A DNA stretch of 64,000 nt from Actinomycetota bacterium (GCA_052390035.1 JBQTHI010000109.1:1401-65400); one strand, 5' to 3'. Positions 47,123 to 56,640 are shown, counted from the stretch's first letter. Program-made: numbers and translations. Notes: generated from the sequence alone by a model not told the origin.

Positions 47123-48733
47123 CTAACCGACCGGATCCGTTCGCAGCACGGTCATCGTCGGTTGCTCGACCTGCCCAGACTGATAGTTCACTCCCAAAAG
47201 AAAGGTATCGCCAGCCTGCCCGATCAGCGTCACAAAGTTGGCGATGAGGCCGGAGTAGGACTTGGCCCAGGTGTACCCGTCGGCCGAAACGAACACATCG
47301 GTGCGCGGCTTTGGCTCCCTCCAAAATTTGACCAGGTCGGCCAGCGGAAAGGTGAACGTCCTCTCTTCCTGACTTGTGATGGTCACCGAGTCCGTGGCCG
47401 CGTCGTAGGAGCCAACCCCGGTCATGGAGATGTAACTGCGCAAGCCGTCGCCATCATCGACCCGCAGTCCGCCATCAGCAGTCCTTAGTTTCAGGTCGCC
47501 CGACTCGACGATGATCGGCTGGGGGCCTGGGTAAGTGGCGGTTAGGGCAGCGAAACCGTCCGGTCCGGCGCGAATGTCACCAGCTGGCACATCCGCTGTG
47601 GCCTCGACCAGAACGATTCGTTCGCCGTCATTCAGGTAGTAGCGGGCGGGGCTCGCCGTACTTATCCCAATGAGGTTGGGTCCCGCACTCGAATAGACGG
47701 CATTGGGCACTCGATCGTCGGCCCACCAACCGAGCCCAAGGGTAGAGATCGTGGTCTCCTGGTGCCCGGCCGACCACGAGGTCTTGACGAATCTGCCGTT
47801 GGGCAGAACGGCGATCCTCCCGGAAGTTTCGGTCAGCTCGGTCCACTGCATCGCGATGTCGTCCGACCGGAGCAGCAACTGCGTCGAATTGTCGGTGTAG
47901 CGAATGTCGGTCGACCAGACCTTTACCCCCGGTGGCGAGACGATCTCCAACCCTCGGTCGTAGACCCAAAGCGCCAAGTCTCCGGTCGTCAGGGCCGGCT
48001 CTAACTGAGGAGGGATCAGATCCAGGTAGCCGGGATCGAGAGCTCTGGTTGTGTAGGCCGTCAGCAACCCGATGCGATCCGACACGGCCAAGCGGATGTT
48101 GTGGTATTCAGTATCACCGGTGTCGTCGCGTACCGTCGCGGGGGTCCATTGGCGGCCGTCGACCGAGCGCCAGAGCGCCAAACACCCCGGCATCACCCGG
48201 AAGTAGCTCTTGCCGGTTTCGCTCCCGATCGTGCCAGCCGCGGTGAGTCCCTCTCCCCAAACCACCAGGTCATCGATCCTGACCGCTCTTCCGGTCCCGG
48301 CCAGAATCTCGGATTCGGTGATCCAGGCGGTGCCGTCCTCGGAGGAGAGGATCACTACCCGGTCGGTGGGCCGGGGAGGGTTGGCGGCCATCCAATGTCG
48401 CCCCTGGAACTCGACCGGTCCCGCGAAGGAGACATACCCGTCGAGCCCCGACGCCCTCATCAGGGCGAACCTTTCTTCGCCCACCACCGCCACCCGGGAC
48501 TGGGGACGGGCGGTGGTGGTCGTCGCCTCCTCCGGCCGGCGAAGGGTTTCGTCCTCAGGTGGGGCATTGTCGGGTTCGGACGTGGGGATAAGCGCCAGCC
48601 CTGTCATCAGCACCAGCGCCAACACGGTCAGGATAAGGGCGCGGGGACGCCGGGGATTGCCCGGCCTGGCCCGCAGTCGATCGTCGGACTCAGCGTCGAG
48701 TTCCACGATCTCGATATCCGGCTGCTCGGCCAT
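47123..48733 (-). CDS. Membrane-anchored BNR/Asp-box repeat protein (paralog 1)
   Basis: Short cytoplasmic N-terminus (IEIVELD), one TM helix, and an ectodomain with repeated SxDGxxW Asp-box-like motifs (SEDGTAW, RSVDGRQW, SADGYTW). Confidence 0.55.
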   Translation of the reverse strand: MAEQPDIEIVELDAESDDRLRARPGNPRRPRALILTVLALVLMTGLALIPTSEPDNAPPEDETLRRPEEATTTTARPQSRVAVVGEERFALMRASGLDGYVSFAGPVEFQGRHWMAANPPRPTDRVVILSSEDGTAWITESEILAGTGRAVRIDDLVVWGEGLTAAGTIGSETGKSYFRVMPGCLALWRSVDGRQWTPATVRDDTGDTEYHNIRLAVSDRIGLLTAYTTRALDPGYLDLIPPQLEPALTTGDLALWVYDRGLEIVSPPGVKVWSTDIRYTDNSTQLLLRSDDIAMQWTELTETSGRIAVLPNGRFVKTSWSAGHQETTISTLGLGWWADDRVPNAVYSSAGPNLIGISTASPARYYLNDGERIVLVEATADVPAGDIRAGPDGFAALTATYPGPQPIIVESGDLKLRTADGGLRVDDGDGLRSYISMTGVGSYDAATDSVTITSQEERTFTFPLADLVKFWREPKPRTDVFVSADGYTWAKSYSGLIANFVTLIGQAGDTFLLGVNYQSGQVEQPTMTVLRTDPVG

Positions 48734-48735
48734 GT

Positions 48736-50373
48736 CTAATCGAAAGGCCCCGCCCGGTAGACGGTCATCGGCTCCCCCGGGCCGCGGCCGGTCCCGACGG
48801 AGCCGAACAGAAAGAAGTCGGCGCCCCCGCCAACCAGTCGCAGATCATTGGAGAAAAGGCCGATCTGCCCGCTTGACCAGTTGACCCCATCCGTCGAGAC
48901 ATACAGGTCGTATCGGGGCGGTGGGTAGGCAGATAGCCCTTGTAGGTCGGCTAGGGAAAACTCGAAAGTCTGGTCGCCGGCGACGACGGTGACCATATCG
49001 GTGGCCGGGTTGTAGCGGTGTGGGGCGTAGGGAAAGATCTGGATCGGCTCGGATAGGTCGGGCCCGGTCAGGGTGAGGTCGGAGGTGAGCGTATAGCCGC
49101 CCGCCCCGACGCTCATTGATCGGTATTTCGTATGGGTCGCCACGGTGGCTGCCAACCCGGCCGGCCCACCGTCCAGCGCCACGTAACCACTCCGGCCGTC
49201 TATCTCGGACGGAAAGCTGACCGTGACGAAGCCGGCTCCGTCGCCGATCAAGTAGCTGGTGCCGGACAATCGTTGTCCGGCCACCCGGTCACCCCAGTTC
49301 ACGTAATAGTGGGCGGGCGGAACCCTGGAGTTGAGTTGCCAAACCACCCCAAAAGCAGAGGTGAAGGAGCCAGGGCCGATGGTCACAAAGCCGCCCTCCG
49401 GGAGCACGGCGATTGTTCCTGCGAACCCGTCGAATGGCTCGGTGACCTCCCAGCGCTCTCCGACGCCGGAGCGGAAGAGGAACCCCTTACCGGTCTGATC
49501 CCAAAGTGAGGTCGAGGTCGAGAAGATCACGAGTCCGGGTGGGGCGGCGATCTCCAACCGCCCGTATCCCGGCCACAACCACAGATCACCCCTGGTCAGG
49601 GCCGGCTCCAGTTCGGCGGGGATCGCACCCAGCACAGCCGCAGGGTTGGTCGTGGTCTCCCTCCAACCGTTGACGAGGAGGGTCGAGCCACTGGTCACCA
49701 CCTGATTGACCCAAAATTGGGTGTTGGCAATGGGGGCGCCCAGCGCTTCGGCCCGCCAGTCTCGACCGTCGGTGGAACGCCAGACTGTGAGGTCCCCGGG
49801 GAGTGTTAGCCAGTAGGGACTGCCCGCCCTGGCACCGACGGTTCCGGCGGCGACCAGACCAGCGTTTGAAAGTGCCATCTCATCGACCCGGAGCGCCCCC
49901 CCGGGCGGGGCCACCAGTTCGGTCTCGACGGCCCACGCCCCACCGTCTGCGGAGGACAGAACCACCGCCTTTAGGGCGGGTGGAGGCGGGGTGCCGATGA
50001 CCCAATGGCGGCCGTTCATCTCGACGGGACCTGCCAGTGAGGCATAGCCGTCCAGCCCCGACACGAGGGAAATGGGGAAGGACTCATCTGTAACGACCCC
50101 GACCAGCATCTCCGGCCGGGTCGGGACGGTGGTGGCCTCGGCCGGCCGGGGAAGGGTTTCGGCGACGGGTTGGGCCACCTCCGGCTCGGCGGCGGGCAAC
50201 AGAGCCACTGCCGCCAGCATCACCATCGCCCCCGCTAAGAGGATCAGCCCCTGGTGACCTCCGGATGCGGCCGGTTGGGTCGGCGGCCGAGCCTCGGGTT
50301 CACGATCGAGCTCGACGATCTCAATCTGGGCCCGATCGGCGGTGGGATCAGTATTTGGCCAACTCCTGGGCAT
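48736..50373 (-). CDS. Membrane-anchored BNR/Asp-box repeat protein (paralog 2)
   Basis: Same architecture and collinear motifs as paralog 1 (IEIVELD, GLDGY.SLAGPVE, SADGGAW, RSTDGRDW, STDGVNW). Start taken at MPRSWPNTD (50373). The track ORF extends to 50541 inside the E1 gene. Confidence 0.55.
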   Translation of the reverse strand: MPRSWPNTDPTADRAQIEIVELDREPEARPPTQPAASGGHQGLILLAGAMVMLAAVALLPAAEPEVAQPVAETLPRPAEATTVPTRPEMLVGVVTDESFPISLVSGLDGYASLAGPVEMNGRHWVIGTPPPPALKAVVLSSADGGAWAVETELVAPPGGALRVDEMALSNAGLVAAGTVGARAGSPYWLTLPGDLTVWRSTDGRDWRAEALGAPIANTQFWVNQVVTSGSTLLVNGWRETTTNPAAVLGAIPAELEPALTRGDLWLWPGYGRLEIAAPPGLVIFSTSTSLWDQTGKGFLFRSGVGERWEVTEPFDGFAGTIAVLPEGGFVTIGPGSFTSAFGVVWQLNSRVPPAHYYVNWGDRVAGQRLSGTSYLIGDGAGFVTVSFPSEIDGRSGYVALDGGPAGLAATVATHTKYRSMSVGAGGYTLTSDLTLTGPDLSEPIQIFPYAPHRYNPATDMVTVVAGDQTFEFSLADLQGLSAYPPPRYDLYVSTDGVNWSSGQIGLFSNDLRLVGGGADFFLFGSVGTGRGPGEPMTVYRAGPFD

Positions 50374-52456
50374 GGCGGATGATTCCCTCGGGGTTGGGAT
50401 AAACCATTTCTTCGAGCTCGGAGGCATAAGGGAAGGCGGGCAGATCACCCAGGGCATAGCGGCGAACCGGGGCGTCGAGCCACTCGAACGCCTTGTCGGC
50501 CACCTGGGCGGCCAGCTCCGCCCCGTACCCAACGAATTCATTGTCCTCGTGAACGATCAACACCCGGCTGGTCTTTCGCACCGAGGCTTCGATGGTGGGC
50601 CAGTCGAGCGGCTTGAGGGTCCGCAAGTCGATCACCTCCGGGGAGATGTCGAGCGCCTCGAGCGGGTCCACCGCTTCCATCGTGAAGTGGGCCATCGCCC
50701 CGTAGGTGAGGATGGTGAGGTCAGAGCCGGAATGGCGGATGGCCGCCTGGCCGATGGGGACCCGCCACTCACCTTCGGGATACGGTCCTTTGGCCAGTCG
50801 ATAGAGTTTCTTCGGTTCGAGGAACATCACCGGATCGGGGTCCTCGACCGCCGAGAAGAGGAGACCCTTGACATCGGCGGGAGTGGAGGGCGCCACCACC
50901 TTGAGGCCGGGGACATGGGCGTAATAGACCTCGATCGACTGCGAGTGGTAGAGGGCGCCGTGGATACCACCCCCGAATGGAACCCGGATGACGATCGGGC
51001 ATGACCATTGCCCGTTGCTGCGGTAGTGGATCCGGGCTGCCTCTGAAACGATCTGGTCAAAAGCCGGGTGGATGTAGTCGGCGAACTGGATCTCGGCGAT
51101 CGGTTTGGCGCCGGCCGCGGACATCCCGATGGCCAGCCCGGCGATCAGTGATTCCGAGATCGGGGTGTTGAAGCAACGGGCATCGCCGAACCGTTCAGTT
51201 AGTCCTTGGGTGGCCTTGAAGACCCCGCCCTTTTTCCCGGCCACGTCTTCGCCGAAAACGGTGGTGTCGGGGTGGACTTCCATGACTTCGTGAATTGCCC
51301 GGTTGATGGCCGTGATCAGGTTCACCTCAGCACCGGCCGGCCGCACGGTGGGGGCGGTTACGGCCGGCCCCGGTTCGATCAGCCTGGCGTACACGTGGCT
51401 GTATGGGTCGTCGGGCGGTGGCGATGCCTCCGCCTCCTCGACCGCACTCGCCACCGAGCGGGTTACCTCTTCTCCGATCTGCTGCTCGTCGGCGGCAGTG
51501 AGGAGCCGCTCTTCGATCAGATATTGCTTGAGGGTGGTCAGTGGATCTTGCCGGCGCCACTCCTCCACCTCTTCCCGGTCTCGGTAGAGCCGATCGTCGT
51601 CGTCCGAGGTGTGGGCGTAGTACCGGTAGGTCTCGGCCTCGATCAAGCTGGGACCGTCTCCCCGGCGGGCTCGGTCGGCCGCCTCCCGAACCACGCGGAA
51701 GACCTCGAGCGGATCGTTGCCGTCCACCAGGTAGCCCTCGATCCCATAGCCGGTTGCCCGTTGGTGGATGGCCCCGGCCACCTCATCTTTGCTCGGCACC
51801 GAGATGGCATAACGGTTGTTCTCTGTAATGAAAAGCATCGGCAGCCGGTGGATGCCGGCGAAGTTGACCGACTCGTGCCAATCCCCCTCCGAGGTGGAGC
51901 CTTCGCCTCCATAAACCACCACCACCCCCGGCTGTTCTCGAATCTGGAGAGCCCGAGCGATGCCGGCGGCGTGGGGGTACTGGGTGCCGATGCACGAGGA
52001 TTGGGTGAACACCCGGCGAGGGACATCCGACCAGTGGTTGGGGATCTGGCGTCCACCGGAGAGAGGATCGTCGCCTCGGGCAAAGGCGGCCAGAAACACG
52101 TCGCGGATCGGAGTGCCCCATGCCAACGCCACCCCCAGGTCGCGGTAATAGGGGAGCAGCCAATCGCGTTCGGGGTCGAGGGCGAAGACCGAGGCGACCT
52201 GGACCGCCTCATGACCGGACGAGCCGACCACGAAGGGGATTCGTCCCTGACGGTTGAGGGCGTACATGCGGTCGTCGATCCGGCGGGCGGTGAGCATCAG
52301 CCGGTACATGTCGAGTAGGTGGTCATCGGACAGCCCCAGGTCACGATGATGAAGGTGGCGTTTCATCCACTCCATGGGGATGACAGCTCTCGGAAGGGGA
52401 TGGCGCTCCTTTCTGTGGAAAGTGTAACGGTCCGGGCCGGCGATGGACCTGCCCAT
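50348..52456 (-). CDS. Fused 2-oxoacid (pyruvate/acetoin/branched-chain) dehydrogenase E1 component alpha+beta
   Basis: N-terminal TPP-binding alpha part (GSSGHEAVQ...) and C-terminal transketolase-like beta part (FNTPISESLIAGLAIGMS...) in one 702-aa ORF. Start uncertain (M at 52456/52375/52366). Confidence 0.8.
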   Translation of the reverse strand: MGRSIAGPDRYTFHRKERHPLPRAVIPMEWMKRHLHHRDLGLSDDHLLDMYRLMLTARRIDDRMYALNRQGRIPFVVGSSGHEAVQVASVFALDPERDWLLPYYRDLGVALAWGTPIRDVFLAAFARGDDPLSGGRQIPNHWSDVPRRVFTQSSCIGTQYPHAAGIARALQIREQPGVVVVYGGEGSTSEGDWHESVNFAGIHRLPMLFITENNRYAISVPSKDEVAGAIHQRATGYGIEGYLVDGNDPLEVFRVVREAADRARRGDGPSLIEAETYRYYAHTSDDDDRLYRDREEVEEWRRQDPLTTLKQYLIEERLLTAADEQQIGEEVTRSVASAVEEAEASPPPDDPYSHVYARLIEPGPAVTAPTVRPAGAEVNLITAINRAIHEVMEVHPDTTVFGEDVAGKKGGVFKATQGLTERFGDARCFNTPISESLIAGLAIGMSAAGAKPIAEIQFADYIHPAFDQIVSEAARIHYRSNGQWSCPIVIRVPFGGGIHGALYHSQSIEVYYAHVPGLKVVAPSTPADVKGLLFSAVEDPDPVMFLEPKKLYRLAKGPYPEGEWRVPIGQAAIRHSGSDLTILTYGAMAHFTMEAVDPLEALDISPEVIDLRTLKPLDWPTIEASVRKTSRVLIVHEDNEFVGYGAELAAQVADKAFEWLDAPVRRYALGDLPAFPYASELEEMVYPNPEGIIRHAQELAKY

Positions 52457-52469
52457 TTAGGATGATCGG

Positions 52470-53234
52470 ATGATCAAGTCGGCATACCTGCGGGTCTACC
52501 TGCCGGAGACCAAGGTCCGCGCTTGGGAGCAACACCCGGCACGATCGAACGTGCGGTCTCGGCGGTGGGAGCCTTACGGTTTTGTCGGTGAGTCGATGAT
52601 TGAAGACGCTCTCATCGTCGAATGGCGAGGCGAAAGGTACGTCTGCCCGCGGCGCCCTCAGCTGCGGATGCTGGAGGGGGTTCTCGCCATGTACCGGGCG
52701 CTCGAGGTTCACGGACAGTCGGTCATCATCCCCGAGCGGGTCGCTCGACAGGCCGACCGGGAGCTGCGCCACCTTCGGGCCGGGGAGCCGGACATCAGGT
52801 CGCAGATCCTCACCTCTGCCTGGCATGTTCCGCTGCGCTGGTTCGTTGCCTTCGACGCGACAGAACGAGTCTTCGACGACGAGGAAGGGCGGGTATCGCT
52901 TCGCTACCGAACCTCCCTGGAGCAGGCTCTGAGTCGGATCGATCGGGCTGTGGCGTTGCTCACCAGCGCCCAAATGTCCGAAACCCTCATCGACTACCTG
53001 GCCTCGCTGGGCGTGTGGCTGCGTGACTTCCCACCGGAGTCGATGGTCGAGCTCGACTATGGCGACGTTGTCGAGCTGTTCGCCATAGCCGATGTGGTCC
53101 TCGATGAGTCGGCGGCCGAGATCTGGGCCTCGATCGAAGCGATGGCGGCCGGCGACGCCGCGGCCGCCGCTGAGCTGTATACCGCGGTCGTGGCTCGGTG
53201 GGAGCCGGCCCAGGCGGTGGCGTTCTCCAACTGA
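52470..53234 (+). CDS. Hypothetical conserved protein
   Basis: 254 aa. No TM segment and no recognised domain. Sits 13 bp divergent from the E1 ORF start. Confidence 0.4.
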   Translation: MIKSAYLRVYLPETKVRAWEQHPARSNVRSRRWEPYGFVGESMIEDALIVEWRGERYVCPRRPQLRMLEGVLAMYRALEVHGQSVIIPERVARQADRELRHLRAGEPDIRSQILTSAWHVPLRWFVAFDATERVFDDEEGRVSLRYRTSLEQALSRIDRAVALLTSAQMSETLIDYLASLGVWLRDFPPESMVELDYGDVVELFAIADVVLDESAAEIWASIEAMAAGDAAAAAELYTAVVARWEPAQAVAFSN

Positions 53235-53257
53235 TACGCCACTGGTAGTTTGGGGCC

Positions 53258-54433
53258 ATGGACCCCAAACCCACCGATTTCCTCGACATCGATTTCCTCC
53301 TCTCCGATGAAGAGAAGTTGCTCCGCCACACGGTGCGCCGTTTCACCGAGGAGCGGATCCTCCCGGAAGTGGGGGAATGGTGGGAGCAGGGGACCTTTCC
53401 GGCGGAGTTGTCCAAAGAGATGGGGGCCATGGGTCTGCTCGGCATGCACCTCGAGGGTTACGGGTGTGCCGGGACCAGTGCCACTGCCTATGGGCTCGCC
53501 TGCCTCGAATTGGAGGCGGGGGATTCGGGAACCCGCAGCTTTGTTTCGGTGCAGGGCTCGCTGGCGATGTTCCCCATCTGGAGGTTCGGTTCGGAGGAGC
53601 AGAAGCAGACCTGGCTGCCCCCGATGGCGGCAGGGGAAATCATCGGTTGTTTTGGGCTAACCGAACCGGATTCCGGTTCGGATCCGGCTTCGATGCGAAC
53701 GGCTGCCCGCCGGGATGGGTCCGACTGGGTGATCAACGGGACCAAGATGTGGATCACCAACGGCAATGTGGCCGACGTTGCTGTGGTGTGGGCAAAAGCC
53801 GAGGGTGGGATAAGGGGCTTCATCGTTCCGACCAATAGCAAGGGCTTCACCGCCAACCTCATCCACCGCAAGGCCTCCCTGCGAGCTTCGATCACCTCCG
53901 AACTGGTGCTTGAGGACGTGAGAGTTCCGGAAGACTTCGTGCTGCCCGGGGTTTCCTCGATGAGAGGCCCGCTCTCCTGCCTGAACGAGGCCCGCTTCGG
54001 CATCTTGTGGGGAGTGATGGGAGCGGCCCGGGCGTGTTATGAGTCGGCCCTCGCCTATGCGGGTAGTCGTAGCCAATTTGGCAGCCCGATCGGGGCCTTC
54101 CAGCTCACCCAGCAGAAACTGGTGGAGATGATGGTGGCCGTCAATCGCGGCACCCTGATAGCTCTTCACCTGGGACGAATGAAAGACGAGCACCGACTGA
54201 GTCCCGAGCAAGTCAGCTTTGGAAAGTTGGACAATGTGCGCAACGCCCTAGAGGTGGCCCGCACCGCTCGTTCGGTACTCGGGGCCAACGGCATCACACT
54301 CGAATATCCCGTCATCCGCCACATGACCAACCTGGAGACCGTGTACACGTACGAGGGGACCAACGAGATCCACACCCTCATCCTGGGCCAAGCCCTCACC
54401 GGGATCGCGGCCTTTAAGTCGAGCAAGCGCTAA
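53258..54433 (+). CDS. Acyl-CoA dehydrogenase, glutaryl-CoA dehydrogenase-like
   Basis: ACAD N/M/C domains (GCFGLTEPDSGSDPASMRT...) and a C-terminal YEGTNEIHTLILG. Confidence 0.85.
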   Translation: MDPKPTDFLDIDFLLSDEEKLLRHTVRRFTEERILPEVGEWWEQGTFPAELSKEMGAMGLLGMHLEGYGCAGTSATAYGLACLELEAGDSGTRSFVSVQGSLAMFPIWRFGSEEQKQTWLPPMAAGEIIGCFGLTEPDSGSDPASMRTAARRDGSDWVINGTKMWITNGNVADVAVVWAKAEGGIRGFIVPTNSKGFTANLIHRKASLRASITSELVLEDVRVPEDFVLPGVSSMRGPLSCLNEARFGILWGVMGAARACYESALAYAGSRSQFGSPIGAFQLTQQKLVEMMVAVNRGTLIALHLGRMKDEHRLSPEQVSFGKLDNVRNALEVARTARSVLGANGITLEYPVIRHMTNLETVYTYEGTNEIHTLILGQALTGIAAFKSSKR

Positions 54434-54492
54434 ATCCCAAACCCAGGGTTCCTGCCAACGATATCGTTGGCTGCAGCCCCAAGAATGCGTAA

Positions 54493-55620
54493 TCAGTCGA
54501 GGGCGGCGCGCAGGGCCTGCTCGAAGAGGTGGGGTTCGGTCAAGAAGGCGTCGTGACCCTTGGACGATGTCACCGTGATCCATTCCACCGGGACGCCCGC
54601 CCGACGCAGCTCTGTCACCAGCTGGGCTTGCTCCTCTGGATAGAAGCAGATGTCCGAATCGATGGTGAATACGTGCCAGCGTTGCTCCCGACAGGGTGCC
54701 AACGCCTCCAGGTAATTGGAAGCGCCGGTGTCATCGAGGACGTCGTAGTCGGACCAGGCGTCGAGGATGCGCAGATAACTGTTGGGGTCGAAGCGGATCA
54801 CCAGCTTTTCGCCCTGATGCCAGAAATAGGACTCGACGGGGTGTTTGACAAAGGGGTGATCAATGATCTCGTCGCGGGCTCGACTTCGGATCGCCTCCAG
54901 TGACACGAAGGCCTTGTGGCCGATGATCCGGGCCAGTCCCAGCCCGGCGGCGGGGAAGGGCCCTTCGTAGTAGTGGCCGCCGTTGAAGTGGGGATCGTTG
55001 AGGATGGCGAGCTTTTGCTCGAAGTTGAGCATCCGATGAAGGGTGGTGGCGGCAAGACCCCCCGCCAGGGCTATCAGGTTCTCCACTCGGTCCGGGTAGC
55101 GCGTGGCAAGCGACAGCCCGAGTAGGGCACCCACCGACGCCCCCCCGGCCGCTTTCACCCGGTGCACTCCCAAGTGATCGAGCAGGTGTAGCTGAGAGTC
55201 GACGATGTCGGCCAGGGTTATGGCCGGAAAGTCCGGTCCGTACTTGCGACCGGTGGCCGGATCAATCGAAGTTGGCCCGGTGCTGCCATAACACCCGCCG
55301 AGATAGTTGACACAGAGCACCGCGATCTTGTCGGTGTCGACCGCCAGCCCGGGGCCAATAAAGCCGTCCCACCATCCGGTCTGGTTCTCTTCGGACCATC
55401 GTTCGACCCCTGCTACCCCGGGGTTGTAGCCGCTGGCGTGCTGGCTACCGGTGAGAGCATGGAACAACAGGACCACGTTGTCCCGGCGTTCGGAGATCTC
55501 GCCGTAGAGCTCATAAGCGAGCCTGACCCTGGGGAGAAGCGCTCCGCTTCGAAGCCGGAACGGCAACGCCGTCTCGGGTAAGTCGAAGAACTGGGTTTCG
55601 TTCCGGGTCAGGTCGCTCAT
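54493..55620 (-). CDS. metX: Homoserine O-acetyltransferase
   Basis: Alpha/beta-hydrolase MetX pattern (VVLLFHALTGSQHA...GGASVGAL) with a catalytic Ser in GASVG. Confidence 0.85.
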   Translation of the reverse strand: MSDLTRNETQFFDLPETALPFRLRSGALLPRVRLAYELYGEISERRDNVVLLFHALTGSQHASGYNPGVAGVERWSEENQTGWWDGFIGPGLAVDTDKIAVLCVNYLGGCYGSTGPTSIDPATGRKYGPDFPAITLADIVDSQLHLLDHLGVHRVKAAGGASVGALLGLSLATRYPDRVENLIALAGGLAATTLHRMLNFEQKLAILNDPHFNGGHYYEGPFPAAGLGLARIIGHKAFVSLEAIRSRARDEIIDHPFVKHPVESYFWHQGEKLVIRFDPNSYLRILDAWSDYDVLDDTGASNYLEALAPCREQRWHVFTIDSDICFYPEEQAQLVTELRRAGVPVEWITVTSSKGHDAFLTEPHLFEQALRAALD

Positions 55621-55645
55621 GGGCGGCTAACTATTTGCTTTCTTG

Positions 55646-55681
55646 TGACGGTCAACCGGTATGTGTGCCGGTCGACCGTCA
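55646..55681 (-). promoter_or_regulatory. 14-bp imperfect palindrome / strong hairpin between osmC stop and metX start
   Basis: TGACGGTCAACCGG-tatgtgtg-CCGGTCGACCGTCA. 13 of 14 positions are complementary. No U-tract follows on the minus strand. Confidence 0.4.
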
Positions 55682-55695
55682 TCAGAACCCGGTGT

Positions 55696-56211
55696 TTAGA
55701 CGAGGTTGACCGAGACGCTGATCGGGCGGGTGATGGTGTGACCCACCGGTGAGGTGGCCACCACCTTGTTGTGCAGGTCTGCGATCTGGTCAGGGTCGGC
55801 GTCGGCGTCGAGGTGGACCTTTGCCCTGATCTCGGAGAAGCCGGCATTGCCGTCGGCCAAGCCGAGAAAGGTGTGGAGGTCGAGGTCACCCTCGAGCTCG
55901 ATCCGCAGCTCGTTGATCGGGATGCCCGCCGCCGTGGCGTTGGCGGCGTAGCCGATGGCAAGGCACGAACCAAACGCGCCGAGGATCTGCTCAACCGGGT
56001 TGGCGGCGGTATTGGTGCCCCCCAGGGCCGGCGGCTCGTCGTAGGCGACCGGCCCAAAATCGCGGCTCCGGGCCTTCGTCCGGAATGCCCGATCCCAGGT
56101 GACTTCGGCCTTCCAGATGGTCTGGGCGTGGTCGGGGTTGGTCTGTATGGCCTCCACCAGGGCGCCGACCGCAGCGAGGTCGACATGGTTGAGGGCTGAG
56201 GATGTCGTCAT
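55696..56211 (-). CDS. OsmC/Ohr-family peroxiredoxin-like protein
   Basis: 171 aa with the OsmC-like pattern (GGTNTAANPVEQILGAFGSC). Confidence 0.8.
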   Translation of the reverse strand: MTTSSALNHVDLAAVGALVEAIQTNPDHAQTIWKAEVTWDRAFRTKARSRDFGPVAYDEPPALGGTNTAANPVEQILGAFGSCLAIGYAANATAAGIPINELRIELEGDLDLHTFLGLADGNAGFSEIRAKVHLDADADPDQIADLHNKVVATSPVGHTITRPISVSVNLV

Positions 56212-56640
56212 CGGTTTCCTTCCGTTGCTAAAGGCGAAAAAACCGCCGGGGCGGAGATCGTGACTCTCGGGTGGTAGGCGGTTGGTCGGCGAGCGGCTGC
56301 CGTCAGCGCTCGCGTGGGCGGGCCACCCGAGAGCACCGACAGCCCCTGCACCGGAAGATGGCGGAACGGAGATTCACTCTTGTCATGGCGTTGGGCCTCC
56401 TCAGTTGTCGTCTCAACACGCTCAGCGAGCGCCCGAGGCGGCAGTCCGCCATAGGCAACTCATCGATCAGGCGTTGGCACCGAACTGAATCGGTTGCCGC
56501 GGTTTCACAGGGCCTGTCCCTCCACCGCTCTGGATGAGCGCTGTCAAGTGGGCCGCAGTTTGGCATCCAGAGAAGACTTGAGCAAGAACCGCAGCCACCC
56601 GATGGGTCTCGGCTTACGATCGACGGGAACAAGGAGGACG

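Noticed and set aside
56212-56420. Specific assignment of the osmC leader as a SAM-IV riboswitch
   Set aside because: I could not match the remembered SAM-IV/SAM-I core consensus by eye. It is kept only as an unclassified structured leader in the findings.
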